64,000 bases of DNA, taken from Actinomycetes bacterium. Lineage in GTDB: Bacteria > Actinomycetota > Actinomycetes > Actinomycetales > Microbacteriaceae. Positions 29,530 through 39,622 of this stretch are shown here, one piece after another. A program made the translations under genes and the position numbers. The stretch lies in NCBI GenBank assembly GCA_023428065.1, contig JAEYZI010000079.1, positions 4,700-68,699 on the forward strand. Direction: 5' to 3'. How positions within the stretch are numbered: position 1 is the first letter of the stretch; each line of letters opens with the position of its first letter. Below the pieces are notes generated by a model. It did no database searches, was not told the DNA's origin, and saw nothing but the letters and a program-made list of their open reading frames with translations.

Positions 29530-30018
29530 ATGACCCGCCTCGTCCCCCGACTCGACCCCGAGGAGTCGGCGGCGTGGCTCGCGCTCGTGAGCCTCCTCGA
29601 ACTGCTGCCCAGCGCCCTCGACTCCCAACTGCAGCGCGACTCCGGTCTCACCCACTTCGAGTTCGTCGTGCTCTCCCACCTCCGGTTCTCCCCCGACCGG
29701 ACACAGCGCATGAGCGCGCTCGCGACGGGCACCAACGCGACGCTTCCGCGTCTCTCGCACGTCGTCAGCCGGCTCGAGAACCGCGGCCTCGTCGAACGGC
29801 TCCGCGCACCCGACGACCGCCGTGCGACCGACGCACGGCTCACCGACGCCGGACGTCGCGAGCTCGTGCGCGCGACCCCCGGCCACATCGACTTCGTGCG
29901 CCGCATCGTGATCGACTCGCTCGACCGCGAGCAGCTCGGGCAGCTCACGGCCATCGCCTCGGCGATCACGCGCACGCTCGACCCCGACGGCAGGTTCGCC
30001 GTGCTGCCCGCCGAGTGA
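29530..30018 (+). CDS. MarR-family transcriptional regulator
   Basis: Winged-helix core (RMSALATGTNATLPRLSHVVSRLENRGLVERLRAPDDRRATDARLTDAGR). Starts at the internal ATG. Confidence 0.9.
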   Translation: MTRLVPRLDPEESAAWLALVSLLELLPSALDSQLQRDSGLTHFEFVVLSHLRFSPDRTQRMSALATGTNATLPRLSHVVSRLENRGLVERLRAPDDRRATDARLTDAGRRELVRATPGHIDFVRRIVIDSLDREQLGQLTAIASAITRTLDPDGRFAVLPAE

Positions 30019-30053
30019 TCTGGCGCCCACCGAGCCGTCGCTAGGCTCGAACC

Positions 30054-31781
30054 ATGACCGAATCGGATGACGCCGTCGCGGCCGCCCGCAAGGCGCTCGA
30101 GGAGGCGCAGGCGGCGCTCGCCGCCGCCGAGGCGGCCGCCCAGGCCGCACCCGCCGAACCCGAACCCGTCGCATCCGCGGCAGCCGTGGGACCGCTCGAC
30201 GAGACGGCCGTCGCCGCCGTCCGCGCCGGCTACGCGTTCGACGCACCCGCGCTCGAGATCGGCGCCCTCGTCAACGGGGCGGCGCGCGCCGATGTTCCCG
30301 TGCGCATCCCGCTGTCGATGGTGAACCGTCACGGGCTCGTCGCGGGCGCCACGGGAACCGGCAAGACCAAGACCCTCCAGGTGCTCGCCGAGCAGCTCAG
30401 CTCCGCGGGCGTGCCCGTCTTCGCCGCCGACATCAAGGGAGACCTGTCGGGCATCGCGTCGCCCGGCACCCCGAGCGAGAAGCTGCTCGCCCGCACGAAG
30501 GGGCTCGGCCAGGACTGGGTCGCCCACCCCTCCCCCACAGCGCTCTACGCGCTCGGGGGCGACGGCATCGGCGTGCCCATCCGCGCGAGCGTCGAGGGCT
30601 TCGGGGCGGTCATGCTGAGCAAGGTGCTCGGCCTCAACCAGACCCAGGAGTCGAGCCTCGGTCTCGTCTTCCACTACGCGAAGCAGCAGCAGCTCCCCCT
30701 CGTGACTCTCGACGATCTGCGAGCCGTGCTCCAGCACCTCACGAGCGCCGAAGGCAAGGGCGAGCTCGAGAGCCTCGGCGGGCTCTCGAAGGCCACCGCG
30801 GGGGTCATCCTGCGCGAGCTCATCGCCTTCGCCGAGCAGGGGGCCGACGTGTTCTTCGGCCTCCCGCAGATCGACACCGCCGACTTCTTCCGCACCGAGC
30901 TCGGGCCGGACGGCGTCACGCGCGGCGTCGTGAGCCTCCTCGAGGTGCGCAGCCAGCTCGGACGCCCGGAGCTGTTCTCGACCTTCCTCATGTGGCTCCT
31001 CACACAGCTCTACGGCTCGCTTCCCGAGGTGGGCGACGTCGAGAAGCCGAAGCTCGTCTTCTTCTTCGACGAGGCGCACCTGCTGTTCCGCGACGCGAGC
31101 GACGACTTCCTCGCGATCGTCACCCAGACCGTCCGCCTCATCCGCTCGCGCGGCGTCGGCATCTTCTTCGTGACGCAGACTCCCAAGGACGTTCCCGGCG
31201 ACGTGCTCGCGCAGCTCGGCAGCCGCATCCAGCACCAGTTGCGCGCGCACACGCCCGACGACGCGAAGGCGCTCAAGTCGACGGTCTCGACCTACCCGAC
31301 CTCGCCCTACGACCTCGGCGAGGTGCTCACGACGCTCGCGATCGGCGAGGCGATCGTGACCGTCATGAACGAGAAGGGCGCGCCGACCCCCGTCGCATGG
31401 ACGCGGCTGCGGGCGCCCGAGGGATCCATGGACCCGACCCCGGATGCCGTGCTCCAAGCGGCCGTGGCCGCGTCGCCCCTCTCGGCGAAGTACGCCGCCA
31501 CGAGCACCCAGGGGGCCGCGGCGATCCTCGCGTCGCGCACGACCGCCCCCGCCGCGACCGCGGGCACCGCGGCGGCCCCGGGCACCGCGGATGCGCCCCT
31601 CACCCCCGCGCAGCAGCGTCGGCAGGCGGAGGCCGAGGCTCGCGCCGAGCGCAAGGCGAAGGAGGCCGCCGAGCGCGAGGAGCGCGCGAAGCGTCGCCAG
31701 GCCGAGCGCATCCAGAAGGAGGTCGTCTCGGGCGGCATGAGAATCGCGCGCGACGTGCTCAAGAACCTCTTCAAGCGATGA
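30054..31781 (+). CDS. DUF853 / HerA-like P-loop NTPase (YjgR family)
   Basis: Walker A GATGTGKTKT, Walker B-like LVFFFDEAHLLF, basic Lys/Arg/Glu-rich C-terminal tail. Confidence 0.85.
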   Translation: MTESDDAVAAARKALEEAQAALAAAEAAAQAAPAEPEPVASAAAVGPLDETAVAAVRAGYAFDAPALEIGALVNGAARADVPVRIPLSMVNRHGLVAGATGTGKTKTLQVLAEQLSSAGVPVFAADIKGDLSGIASPGTPSEKLLARTKGLGQDWVAHPSPTALYALGGDGIGVPIRASVEGFGAVMLSKVLGLNQTQESSLGLVFHYAKQQQLPLVTLDDLRAVLQHLTSAEGKGELESLGGLSKATAGVILRELIAFAEQGADVFFGLPQIDTADFFRTELGPDGVTRGVVSLLEVRSQLGRPELFSTFLMWLLTQLYGSLPEVGDVEKPKLVFFFDEAHLLFRDASDDFLAIVTQTVRLIRSRGVGIFFVTQTPKDVPGDVLAQLGSRIQHQLRAHTPDDAKALKSTVSTYPTSPYDLGEVLTTLAIGEAIVTVMNEKGAPTPVAWTRLRAPEGSMDPTPDAVLQAAVAASPLSAKYAATSTQGAAAILASRTTAPAATAGTAAAPGTADAPLTPAQQRRQAEAEARAERKAKEAAEREERAKRRQAERIQKEVVSGGMRIARDVLKNLFKR

Positions 31782-33184
31782 CGACAGAGCCGGCACCCGA
31801 GACCGTCCCCGCGCAGCCCACGCCCGAGGAGGCGCCGCTGCGGCGGCCGCGCGACAACCGCACGCGCGCACGCCTGCGACTCACGAGGCGCGGGCGCATC
31901 CTCCTCATCGCGGCCGGCGCCGTCGTGATCGCCCTCGTCGCGAGCCTGCTCGTCGTGAACGTGCTCGGCGGCCGCTCGGCGGCGGACGAGCTCGCGGCGG
32001 CCCAGAAGGCGGCGACCGAGGCCGATGCCGACCTCACCGCCGCCGCGGCCGACGCCGACGCGTCGCATGCGGCGCTCACGACCCTCATCACCGCCGCGGA
32101 TGCCGGGCTCGCGATCACGGGCGACGGACTCGACGAGGCGGCCCGTCCGTCGCTCGTCGATGAGAGGGACGCCGCCGAGCTCGTCGCGACCGCCCACAGC
32201 GAGCCCGGTGAGCTCGTCGACGTGCCCGAGGCCGCCGTCGACCCCGCCCTCGGCGACCGCGAGAACGCGGAGGCCTTCCGGGCCCGCGCCACCGCGCTCG
32301 AGGCGAACGCGGAATCCGAAGCCGCGCGGGCGAAGATCCTCGACGACGCCGCGGCCACCCTCGCCTCCGCCATGACCGCGTACCTGTCGAGCACCGCGGT
32401 CGTCGGCGCGGCACTCCTCGCGGACCGCGGCGACGCGGCCGACGACGCGAAGTCCGCGCTCCAGGCGCAGCTCGACGCTCTCGTCGGCGCCGAGCCCGAG
32501 GCGTTCGCAGAGACCCTCACCGCCTACCGTGCGGCCGTCGACCAGGTGATCGCCTCCTCGGATGCCGTGCGCAACCCCACCCCGGGAGGTTCCGGCGTGC
32601 GCATCACCGACCCCGCCTCGATCACGGCCGTCGTCAACAAGCGGCGCGGGCTCCCGGGCGACTACGTGCCGCCGGATCTCGTGATCCCCGCAGGCGTCCC
32701 CAACAACAACGGCCAACCCGTGCGCCAGGTGATGGTCGCCGACCTGCAGGCCATGCAGGCCGCGATGGCCGCCGAGGGCATCGCGCTGCGCATCGGCAGC
32801 GCCTACCGCAGCTACGACGACCAGCGCATCATCTACAACCGCTACGTCGCGAAGGACGGCGTCGCGGGCGCCGACACGTACTCGGCGCGACCCGGCAACT
32901 CCGAGCATCAGACGGGCCTCGCGGTCGACCTCGACGACGGCACCGGTTGCAACCTCAGCGAGTGCTTCAAGGACGCCCCCGGCGGACGCTGGCTCGCCGC
33001 GAACTCCTGGAAGTACGGCTTCATCCTGCGCTACGGCGACGGCTGGACGCCGATCGTCGGCTACAAGTTCGAGCCGTGGCACTACCGCTACGTCGGCGTC
33101 GACGTCGCGAAGGACATGCACGACAAGGGCATCAAGACGCTCGAGGAGTACTACGGTCTCCCCGCGGCACCCGACTACGGCTGA
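31778..33184 (+). CDS. Membrane-anchored M15B (VanY-type) D-alanyl-D-alanine carboxypeptidase
   Basis: ATG overlaps the DUF853 stop (ATGA). N-terminal TM, about 230-aa Ala-rich helical region. C-terminal M15 motifs (SAYRSYDDQ, SEHQTGLAVDL, EPWHYRYVG). Confidence 0.8.
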   Translation: MTTEPAPETVPAQPTPEEAPLRRPRDNRTRARLRLTRRGRILLIAAGAVVIALVASLLVVNVLGGRSAADELAAAQKAATEADADLTAAAADADASHAALTTLITAADAGLAITGDGLDEAARPSLVDERDAAELVATAHSEPGELVDVPEAAVDPALGDRENAEAFRARATALEANAESEAARAKILDDAAATLASAMTAYLSSTAVVGAALLADRGDAADDAKSALQAQLDALVGAEPEAFAETLTAYRAAVDQVIASSDAVRNPTPGGSGVRITDPASITAVVNKRRGLPGDYVPPDLVIPAGVPNNNGQPVRQVMVADLQAMQAAMAAEGIALRIGSAYRSYDDQRIIYNRYVAKDGVAGADTYSARPGNSEHQTGLAVDLDDGTGCNLSECFKDAPGGRWLAANSWKYGFILRYGDGWTPIVGYKFEPWHYRYVGVDVAKDMHDKGIKTLEEYYGLPAAPDYG

Positions 33185-33201
33185 GCCGCTTCACCGCGCC
33201 G

Positions 33202-33238
33202 ACCGCAGACGCCCCGTGGTGGTCGGGGCGCCTGCGGT
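33202..33238. terminator. Hairpin between convergent genes
   Basis: ACCGCAGACGCCCCG-tggtggt-CGGGGCGCCTGCGGT, a 15-bp stem with one mismatch. Confidence 0.6.
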
Positions 33239-33309
33239 GCGCGTCGAGGACGGATGCTGCGGGGCGTCCGGGCGGGGCCGGTCCTCGCTCGACCCTGCCC
33301 GGACGCCGG

Positions 33310-34830
33310 TCAGCCGAGCTGGAAGGTGTTCAGCAGCTGCGAGAGCACGGTGTCCTTCTCGTAGTCGGAGTTCAACTGGGCGATGAGCACGAGGGTGCCG
33401 CTCCCCCCGGAGTCCTGCGTCGCGAGCACGAGCTCGTAGGTGCCCGAGCAGTCGAACTCGTTGTAGACGCCGGCGTAGTAGCCGTCGTCGTAGTCCCCGC
33501 GGGAGGTGAGCACCGAGCACTGGGACGAGAAGTCGAAGGTCGCTAGCGCGTCGTCGGGCGAGAGGCTCGCCTCCGTCGCGACGAGCTGGGCGCCCGAGGT
33601 CGTGAACGACGACTGGAAGCCCGCGAGGTCGCTCGACGCCGCGACGCTGTACCAGGTGCGCCCGTCGCCCCCCGTGATGGTCGACCCGTCGACCTGGCCC
33701 CACTCGCGCGGAACGGCCATCGAGACGGTGCCCGTGTCGTCCGTGACGGTCGTGAAGCCGCCCGAGTTCGCGGTGCCGCCGTCGCCGCCCAGCACGCCCG
33801 TCTGCGTGACCTGGAGCTCCTTGCCGTTGACCTGGCCGCTCAGGATCGCATCCTGCGTCGGACGGTAGACGTCGACGTCGATCGTCGCGTCGACACCCTG
33901 CGTGTCGAGCACCTTGCAGTAGTCGGCGAGCGTGCCGTCGAGTCCGACGCTCACGCCGCCGAGCTTGTAGATGAGATCCCCCGGCTCGACGCCCGCGACG
34001 TCGGCCGGGCCGCCCGCCTCGACCGACTGCACCCACACGCCGGCGAGCGATCCGTCCTCCGATCGCCACGCCTTCGCGTTGATGCCGATCGACGCGACGC
34101 GCTCGCCCTTCGAGAGGGCCTCGAAGGCGTCGCGTGCGACGTCGCGGTGGATCGCGTAGTTGTAGTCGAGCGAGTCGTCGCCCGCGTAGTTGATGCCGAC
34201 GACCGCGCCCTCGGGGTCGACGAGCGGTCCTCCCGAGTTGCCGCCGCGGATGCGGGCGTCGTGCTCGATCACGTGGCCGAGCGAGGCCCACTGGGTGTCG
34301 AAGGCGAAGTCGTTCTTGGAGACGATGCCGCGCGTGAGCGTGAACTCCTCGGCGGCGCCGAGGGGGTAGCCGGCCGAGTAGACGTCGAGTCCCGTCTTGA
34401 TGTCGCCCTGGTGCCAGCCGAGGAACGGGAGTCCCGTGCCCTCGAGTTGCACGACGGCGAGGTCGAGGCACTCGGAGGCGCCGAGCACCTTGACGCCGAC
34501 CTCCTTGTCGGGGTCGCCCCCGATGAAGCCGGAGAGGGTGCCCGCGCCGACGACGACGTGGTTGTTGGTCATCGCGAGGCCGTCGGGCGTCACGAGGAAG
34601 CCGGAGCCGATCCAGGCGACCTCGGACGAGCCGGTCGTTCCGGGATCGATGTAGGTGCCCTGACCCTTGAAGTAGACGGTCGCCGACTGCACGTCGTCGA
34701 AGTCGACGGGCTTCGCGGCGGGACCGCCGGTGGGCAGCAGGCCGCAGCCCGCGAGGGCAGCCGCGGACGCGGTGAGGATCGCGGCCGCGACGAGCGCGCG
34801 GCGCACGGGGATGTGGCGGTGCGAGGACAT
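33310..34830 (-). CDS. Secreted/lipoprotein S1C (trypsin/HtrA-like) serine protease with PDZ and an extra C-terminal domain
   Basis: Lipobox LAGC. His (TNNHVV), Asp and Ser (GGNSGGPLV) catalytic motifs. PDZ-like GVEPGDLIYKLGG. About 170-aa unassigned C-terminus. Confidence 0.85.
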   Translation of the reverse strand: MSSHRHIPVRRALVAAAILTASAAALAGCGLLPTGGPAAKPVDFDDVQSATVYFKGQGTYIDPGTTGSSEVAWIGSGFLVTPDGLAMTNNHVVVGAGTLSGFIGGDPDKEVGVKVLGASECLDLAVVQLEGTGLPFLGWHQGDIKTGLDVYSAGYPLGAAEEFTLTRGIVSKNDFAFDTQWASLGHVIEHDARIRGGNSGGPLVDPEGAVVGINYAGDDSLDYNYAIHRDVARDAFEALSKGERVASIGINAKAWRSEDGSLAGVWVQSVEAGGPADVAGVEPGDLIYKLGGVSVGLDGTLADYCKVLDTQGVDATIDVDVYRPTQDAILSGQVNGKELQVTQTGVLGGDGGTANSGGFTTVTDDTGTVSMAVPREWGQVDGSTITGGDGRTWYSVAASSDLAGFQSSFTTSGAQLVATEASLSPDDALATFDFSSQCSVLTSRGDYDDGYYAGVYNEFDCSGTYELVLATQDSGGSGTLVLIAQLNSDYEKDTVLSQLLNTFQLG

Positions 34831-34894
34831 GTGAGGACTCCATCCGGGAAGGTGCGGACGGGCGAGGACCCGGCCGAGCCACCAGTGTGGAGCC

Positions 34895-34917
34895 GCCGGG
34901 GTCGCACCGACCCCGGC
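34895..34917 (-). terminator. Hairpin downstream of the aldehyde dehydrogenase gene (left boundary of the island)
   Basis: GCCGGGGTCG-cac-CGACCCCGGC, a perfect 10-bp stem. Confidence 0.55.
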
Positions 34918-34985
34918 GACCGACCCCAGAAGGCAGAACTAGGGACGCGCGCGGCCGCGGGCCGGCGACGCGCCCCGAGGCCGCG

Positions 34986-36362
34986 TCAGCGCTTCCAGAC
35001 CGTCTTCACGTTCATGAACTCGCGGATGCCCTCCTTGGCGAGCTCCCGTCCGAATCCCGAGTCCTTGATGCCGCCGAACGGCAGCTCGGGGTAGGAGATC
35101 GTCATGCCGTTGACGAAGACGGCGCCCGCCTCCAGCTCGGAGACGAAGAACGCCTCCTCGGCGGCGTCGTTCGTCCAGACCGCCGACGACAGGCCGAAGG
35201 AGGTCTGGTTCGCGATCCGCACCGCCTCCTCCCGGTCGGCGACGCGGTAGAGCGACGCGACGGGACCGAAGGTCTCCTCGAACACGATGCGCATGTCGTC
35301 GGTGAGGTCGGCGAGCACGGTGGGCTGGATGAACCATCCCGGTCCGGGCACCGCGGCACCCCCCGCGAGCACGCGCGCCCCCTTCGCGACGGCGTCGTCG
35401 ACGAGCTCGAGGAGCTCGGCACGACCCGATTCCGTCGCGACGGGACCCACGTCGACGGTCTCGTCGAAGGGGTCGCCGACGCGGAGCTCGGCGAACGCCG
35501 CGGCGAAGCGGCGGGAGAACTCCTCGTACACGTCGTCGTGCACGAGGAAGCGCTTCGCGGCGATGCAGGACTGCCCGTTGTTCTGCACGCGCGCCCGCAC
35601 GGCGGTCGCGACCGCCTCGTCGAGATCGGCGGACGGCATCACCACGAAGGGGTCCGAGCCGCCGAGCTCGATGAGCGACTTCTTCACCTCGGATCCCGCG
35701 ATGGCCGCGACGGATCGCCCAGCCCCCTCCGAACCGGTGAGCGTCACGGCGGTCACGCGCGGGTCGCGGATGACCCCCTCCACCACGCGCGACCCGATGA
35801 GCAGCGTGCGCATGGATCCGCGGGGGAAGCCGGCCCGCTCGAAGAGCGTGTCGAGGTAGAGCGCCGTCTGCGGCACGTTCGATGCGTGCTTGAGCACACC
35901 CACGTTGCCCGCCATGAGCGCGGGGGCCGCGAAGCGGACGACCTGCCACAGCGGGTAGTTCCACGGCATGACGGCGAGCACCACGCCGAGCGGATGATAG
36001 GTCGTCGCGGCCGCGGAGGCTCCGACGCGCGACGGGTCCTCGAGCACCTCGTCGGCGAGGAAGGCCTCGGCGTGCTCGGCGTAGAAGCGCATGCCCTTGG
36101 CGCACTTGAGCACCTCCGCCCGGGACTGGGCGATCGGCTTGCCCATTTCGAGCGTCATGAGACGCGCGAGCTGCTCGACATCCGCCTCGACGAGCTCGGC
36201 CGCGGCGCGCATCCAGGCCGCGCGCGTCGCGAAATCGGTCGCGCGCAGCGCTTCGAAGGCCGCCTGCGCCTCGGCGAGACCGCGCTCGACGAGCTCGGGC
36301 GGGTAGGCCTCGTACTCCTGAACGGTCTCGCCGGTCGCCGGGTTGATGGTCGCGATCGCCAT
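34986..36362 (-). CDS. gabD: NAD(P)-dependent aldehyde dehydrogenase, succinate-semialdehyde dehydrogenase-like
   Basis: AAGGAG RBS before ATG MAIATINPATGE. ALDH motifs (LTLEMGKP, ELGGSDP, GQSCIAAKR, EETFGPV). Confidence 0.85.
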   Translation of the reverse strand: MAIATINPATGETVQEYEAYPPELVERGLAEAQAAFEALRATDFATRAAWMRAAAELVEADVEQLARLMTLEMGKPIAQSRAEVLKCAKGMRFYAEHAEAFLADEVLEDPSRVGASAAATTYHPLGVVLAVMPWNYPLWQVVRFAAPALMAGNVGVLKHASNVPQTALYLDTLFERAGFPRGSMRTLLIGSRVVEGVIRDPRVTAVTLTGSEGAGRSVAAIAGSEVKKSLIELGGSDPFVVMPSADLDEAVATAVRARVQNNGQSCIAAKRFLVHDDVYEEFSRRFAAAFAELRVGDPFDETVDVGPVATESGRAELLELVDDAVAKGARVLAGGAAVPGPGWFIQPTVLADLTDDMRIVFEETFGPVASLYRVADREEAVRIANQTSFGLSSAVWTNDAAEEAFFVSELEAGAVFVNGMTISYPELPFGGIKDSGFGRELAKEGIREFMNVKTVWKR

Positions 36363-36382
36363 GGGCGGGACTCCTTGTCGTG

Positions 36383-37813
36383 TCAGTCGAAGCCGAGCGA
36401 GCTCCGCCACGTCGCGTGAAGCGCGGCGTACTGCTCAGCTCGGGCGGGATCGGGGTGCACCGTCTCGCGGCGCTCGTGGGCTCCGAAGGCGCTCACGTCG
36501 GCCCCCGCGCCGCGCAGCGCGATGAGGGCAGCGCCGAGCAGGCTGACATCGGGCTGCTGGCACACCTCGATGGGACGACCGAGGACGTCGGCGCGCAGGC
36601 GGGCCAGCTCGGGTGAGCGGGCGACACCTCCTGCGAGCACGAGGGTCGCGGCTCCCGAGGGATCGAGCGCGTCGACGGCGTCGCGCACGATGTGCGCCGC
36701 GCCCTCGGCGGCGGCGAGCAGCACGTGCTCGCGGCCGTGGTCCTCGCGCTGCCCGATGACCATCCCCGTGCGCTCCGGCCGCCAGTGCGGGAAACGCGCT
36801 CCCGAGAGGCTCGGGTCGATGAGGAGGCCGTCGGCTCCGGGGCCGATCGCCTCGAGTCGCGCCGCGAGGAAGCTCGTCGCATCCGCGACGTCCGCGAAGC
36901 CGAGCAACACAGCCCAGCGTGCGAACGCGGCGCCCGTCGCGCCCGTGGGACCGCCCGCGCTGAAGCCGCCGAGCGGATAGGGGTTGATGACCGCTCCCGT
37001 CGGCGCATCGCCGGGCGACGCCACGAGACGCACGAGCACGTCGGTCGTGCCGGCGACGTCGGCGACGACGCCCTGCCGGTCGCGCAGCACGAGCGCAGCC
37101 CCGACCGATCCGTCGGTCGCGCCCGCGGCGACCGCGACGCCCCGGTTCAGACCGAGCTCGTCCGCGACCTCGGATGCCAGCTCCCCCACGATCTCGTCGG
37201 CAGCGAACTGCTCGGGAAGCTGCGCCGGGTCGAGGCCGACGAGCTCGAGCATGCGGGGCGACCAGGTCGAGTCGGCGATCGCGCTGAGGCCGGAATATGC
37301 GGCGGAGGTGCGGTCGGTCACCGCTGCCCGGGTGAACCGCCAGATGACGAAGTCCTTGGGCGTGAGCACGCGCGCTACCGAGGCGGCCGCCGCGGGATCG
37401 CTGCGGCGCAGGGCGAGGAGCGCGCTCCCTGCCCCACCCGCCGGCGTCGTCCGCCCGGCCGCGGCGAGCAGCTCGGCGAGCGAGTCGCCCGCGGCCGCCG
37501 TGAGCAGTTCGATGCCCGAGCTGTCGGCCCAGCCACGGCCTTCGCCGACGGGCGCACCGTCCGCGTCGACGAAGACCGTTCCCACATGACCCGCGATCGC
37601 GAGCGTCGAGATGCGTGCGCGTGCGCTCGCGGGGAGCGACACGACCGACTGCACCACGTCGAGCCACAGCCGCTCGGCGTCGAAGCGGGTTCCGGCGGAG
37701 GCGTCCGGACGCGTGACCCGGGTCGAGGCCACGATGACGCCTCCGCCGTCGACGGCGGCGCTCCGGACGGCCGACGTTCCGATGTCGATCGCCAGCACCA
37801 GCGCATCCGTCAT
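36383..37813 (-). CDS. FGGY-family carbohydrate kinase (kinase 1 of the island)
   Basis: Starts at the internal ATG (MTDALVLAIDIGTSAVRS, FGGY N-terminal motif). 476 aa. C-terminal GGVARSPE motif. Confidence 0.85.
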   Translation of the reverse strand: MTDALVLAIDIGTSAVRSAAVDGGGVIVASTRVTRPDASAGTRFDAERLWLDVVQSVVSLPASARARISTLAIAGHVGTVFVDADGAPVGEGRGWADSSGIELLTAAAGDSLAELLAAAGRTTPAGGAGSALLALRRSDPAAAASVARVLTPKDFVIWRFTRAAVTDRTSAAYSGLSAIADSTWSPRMLELVGLDPAQLPEQFAADEIVGELASEVADELGLNRGVAVAAGATDGSVGAALVLRDRQGVVADVAGTTDVLVRLVASPGDAPTGAVINPYPLGGFSAGGPTGATGAAFARWAVLLGFADVADATSFLAARLEAIGPGADGLLIDPSLSGARFPHWRPERTGMVIGQREDHGREHVLLAAAEGAAHIVRDAVDALDPSGAATLVLAGGVARSPELARLRADVLGRPIEVCQQPDVSLLGAALIALRGAGADVSAFGAHERRETVHPDPARAEQYAALHATWRSSLGFD

Positions 37814-37821
37814 GGGGATCC

Positions 37822-39522
37822 TTACTCCTCGCCGGCCTCGTAGGGCACGAACGCCGGGTAGGTCCAGGCGTTCACCGAGCGGTCGAGCGGCACGTCGAGG
37901 AGCACGGGGCTGTCGCCCCGGAGCGCTTCCCCGACCCGCGTGACGAGGGTATCGAGGTCGGGCACGACCTCGCCCGCGACGCCCATACCCCGGGCGACCA
38001 GGCCGAAGTCGACCTCGTGGAAGTCGACGCCGATCGTGCGCCCGTCGAAGTGCAGCTCCTGCTCCTGGCGGATGTTGCCGTAGCTCGAGTCGTTGAGCAC
38101 GACGATGCAGACGCGGCCGCCCACGCGGGCGAGCGTCTCCAGGTCGCCGGCGCTCATGCCGAGCGACCCGTCGCCGATGAGGGCGAGCACGGGACGCTCG
38201 GGGTCGATCGTCGCCGCGGCGATCGCCGCGGGCAGCGCGAAGCCCATGTTGCCGAAGCCGACAGGCTTGATGTAGGTGTTCGGCTCGGTGATCTCCCACA
38301 GGAAGGACCACACGCCGGGGTTGCCCGCGTCGGGGATGAGCAGCGTGTCGCTCGGGGCGACGTCGCGCAGCGCGCGCACGACGTCGGCCGGGGAGAGCGG
38401 CGCGGCGTGCGAGCCGGGCGCGACGGCGCTGAGCGCCCACCACGTGCGCTCCGCCGCCTGCAGCTCGGCGATCCAGTCGGCACGACGCGCGCGCTCCCCC
38501 TCGGCACGGTCGCCGACCGCCTGGGTGAGCGCCGAGGCGAACGACGAGATGTCGGAGACGATGCCGGTCGTCACCTCGCCGTAGTAACGGCCGATCATCG
38601 CGGGGTCGATGTCGACCTGGATGACCTCGGGGAGCTGACGGCGCCAGCGGGTCGTCGAGACGGCGTTGAGGCTGTTGCCGAGCGCGAGCACGAGGTCGGC
38701 GTCGCCGAGCACCCGGGTCGAGAGCTCGGTGCCCATGCGGCTGACCGCGCCGAAGACGAGCGGGTGCGTCGTCGGGACGGCCCCGATGCCGTTGAACGTC
38801 GTGACGACGGGGATGTTGAGCGCCTCGGCGAGGGCGAGCACGGCCTCGGAGGCGCGTCCGCGGTTACCGCCGTTGCCGAGCCAGATGACGGGGCGCTCGG
38901 CGGAGAGCAGGCGCTCCGCGGCATCCGCGACCGCGACGGCGTTGGGCGCGGGACGCTGTCCGACCCAGGCGCGCGCGGGGTGCACGGCGGGGACGGCGGG
39001 AGGGTTCTCGACGATGCCCTCGATCGTGTCGCGGGCGAAGTCGAGGTGCACGGGGCCGGGGTTGCCGGCCATCGCGTTCACGTAGGCCTCCTCCATGGCC
39101 TGCTTGATCGACGAGGCATGGGCGACGAGTCGGCTGTACTTGACGAGCGGCTTGAAGAGCTCGACGTGGTCGGCGTTCTGGGCGTCGTCCTTGTGGATGT
39201 TCTCGCCGTTGTTGTTGCACGTGATGACGAAGCCGGGGCTCGAGTCGCGGTACGCGCCGCCGACGCCCGTGATGAGGTTCGTGGCGCCGGGACCCGTCGT
39301 CGAGATGCACGCGGAGGGCTCACCCGTGAGCCGGCCGTATGCGTCCATCATGACGGCGGCGGCGTTCTCGTGCCGCGTGTGGACGAACTCGATGCCGGGC
39401 GTCGTGAGGATCGCGTCGGTGATGGCGAGCGTCTGGCCTCCGACGACGCCGAAGACACGGCGGACCCCGAGCGATACGAGCATGTCGACGACGAGCTGGC
39501 CGCCGGTCATGGGTGTGGTCAT
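37822..39522 (-). CDS. Thiamine-diphosphate enzyme of the acetolactate-synthase/oxalyl-CoA-decarboxylase superfamily (specificity unknown)
   Basis: N-terminal Pyr domain (GVVGGQTL, HENAAAVMMDAYGRLTG, TTGPGATNL). C-terminal ThDP motif GDGSLGMSAGDLETL...VVLNDSSYG. Confidence 0.85.
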   Translation of the reverse strand: MTTPMTGGQLVVDMLVSLGVRRVFGVVGGQTLAITDAILTTPGIEFVHTRHENAAAVMMDAYGRLTGEPSACISTTGPGATNLITGVGGAYRDSSPGFVITCNNNGENIHKDDAQNADHVELFKPLVKYSRLVAHASSIKQAMEEAYVNAMAGNPGPVHLDFARDTIEGIVENPPAVPAVHPARAWVGQRPAPNAVAVADAAERLLSAERPVIWLGNGGNRGRASEAVLALAEALNIPVVTTFNGIGAVPTTHPLVFGAVSRMGTELSTRVLGDADLVLALGNSLNAVSTTRWRRQLPEVIQVDIDPAMIGRYYGEVTTGIVSDISSFASALTQAVGDRAEGERARRADWIAELQAAERTWWALSAVAPGSHAAPLSPADVVRALRDVAPSDTLLIPDAGNPGVWSFLWEITEPNTYIKPVGFGNMGFALPAAIAAATIDPERPVLALIGDGSLGMSAGDLETLARVGGRVCIVVLNDSSYGNIRQEQELHFDGRTIGVDFHEVDFGLVARGMGVAGEVVPDLDTLVTRVGEALRGDSPVLLDVPLDRSVNAWTYPAFVPYEAGEE

Positions 39523-39622
39523 GGTGGGTCCTCCGTTAGTGCTGGGTAGTGGGTCGGTGGGCGCCGGATGCGGCCGCCCTGGCCCCGAGGTGGGCCGGTG
39601 TCTGTCGTGATGTCATCTAGTA

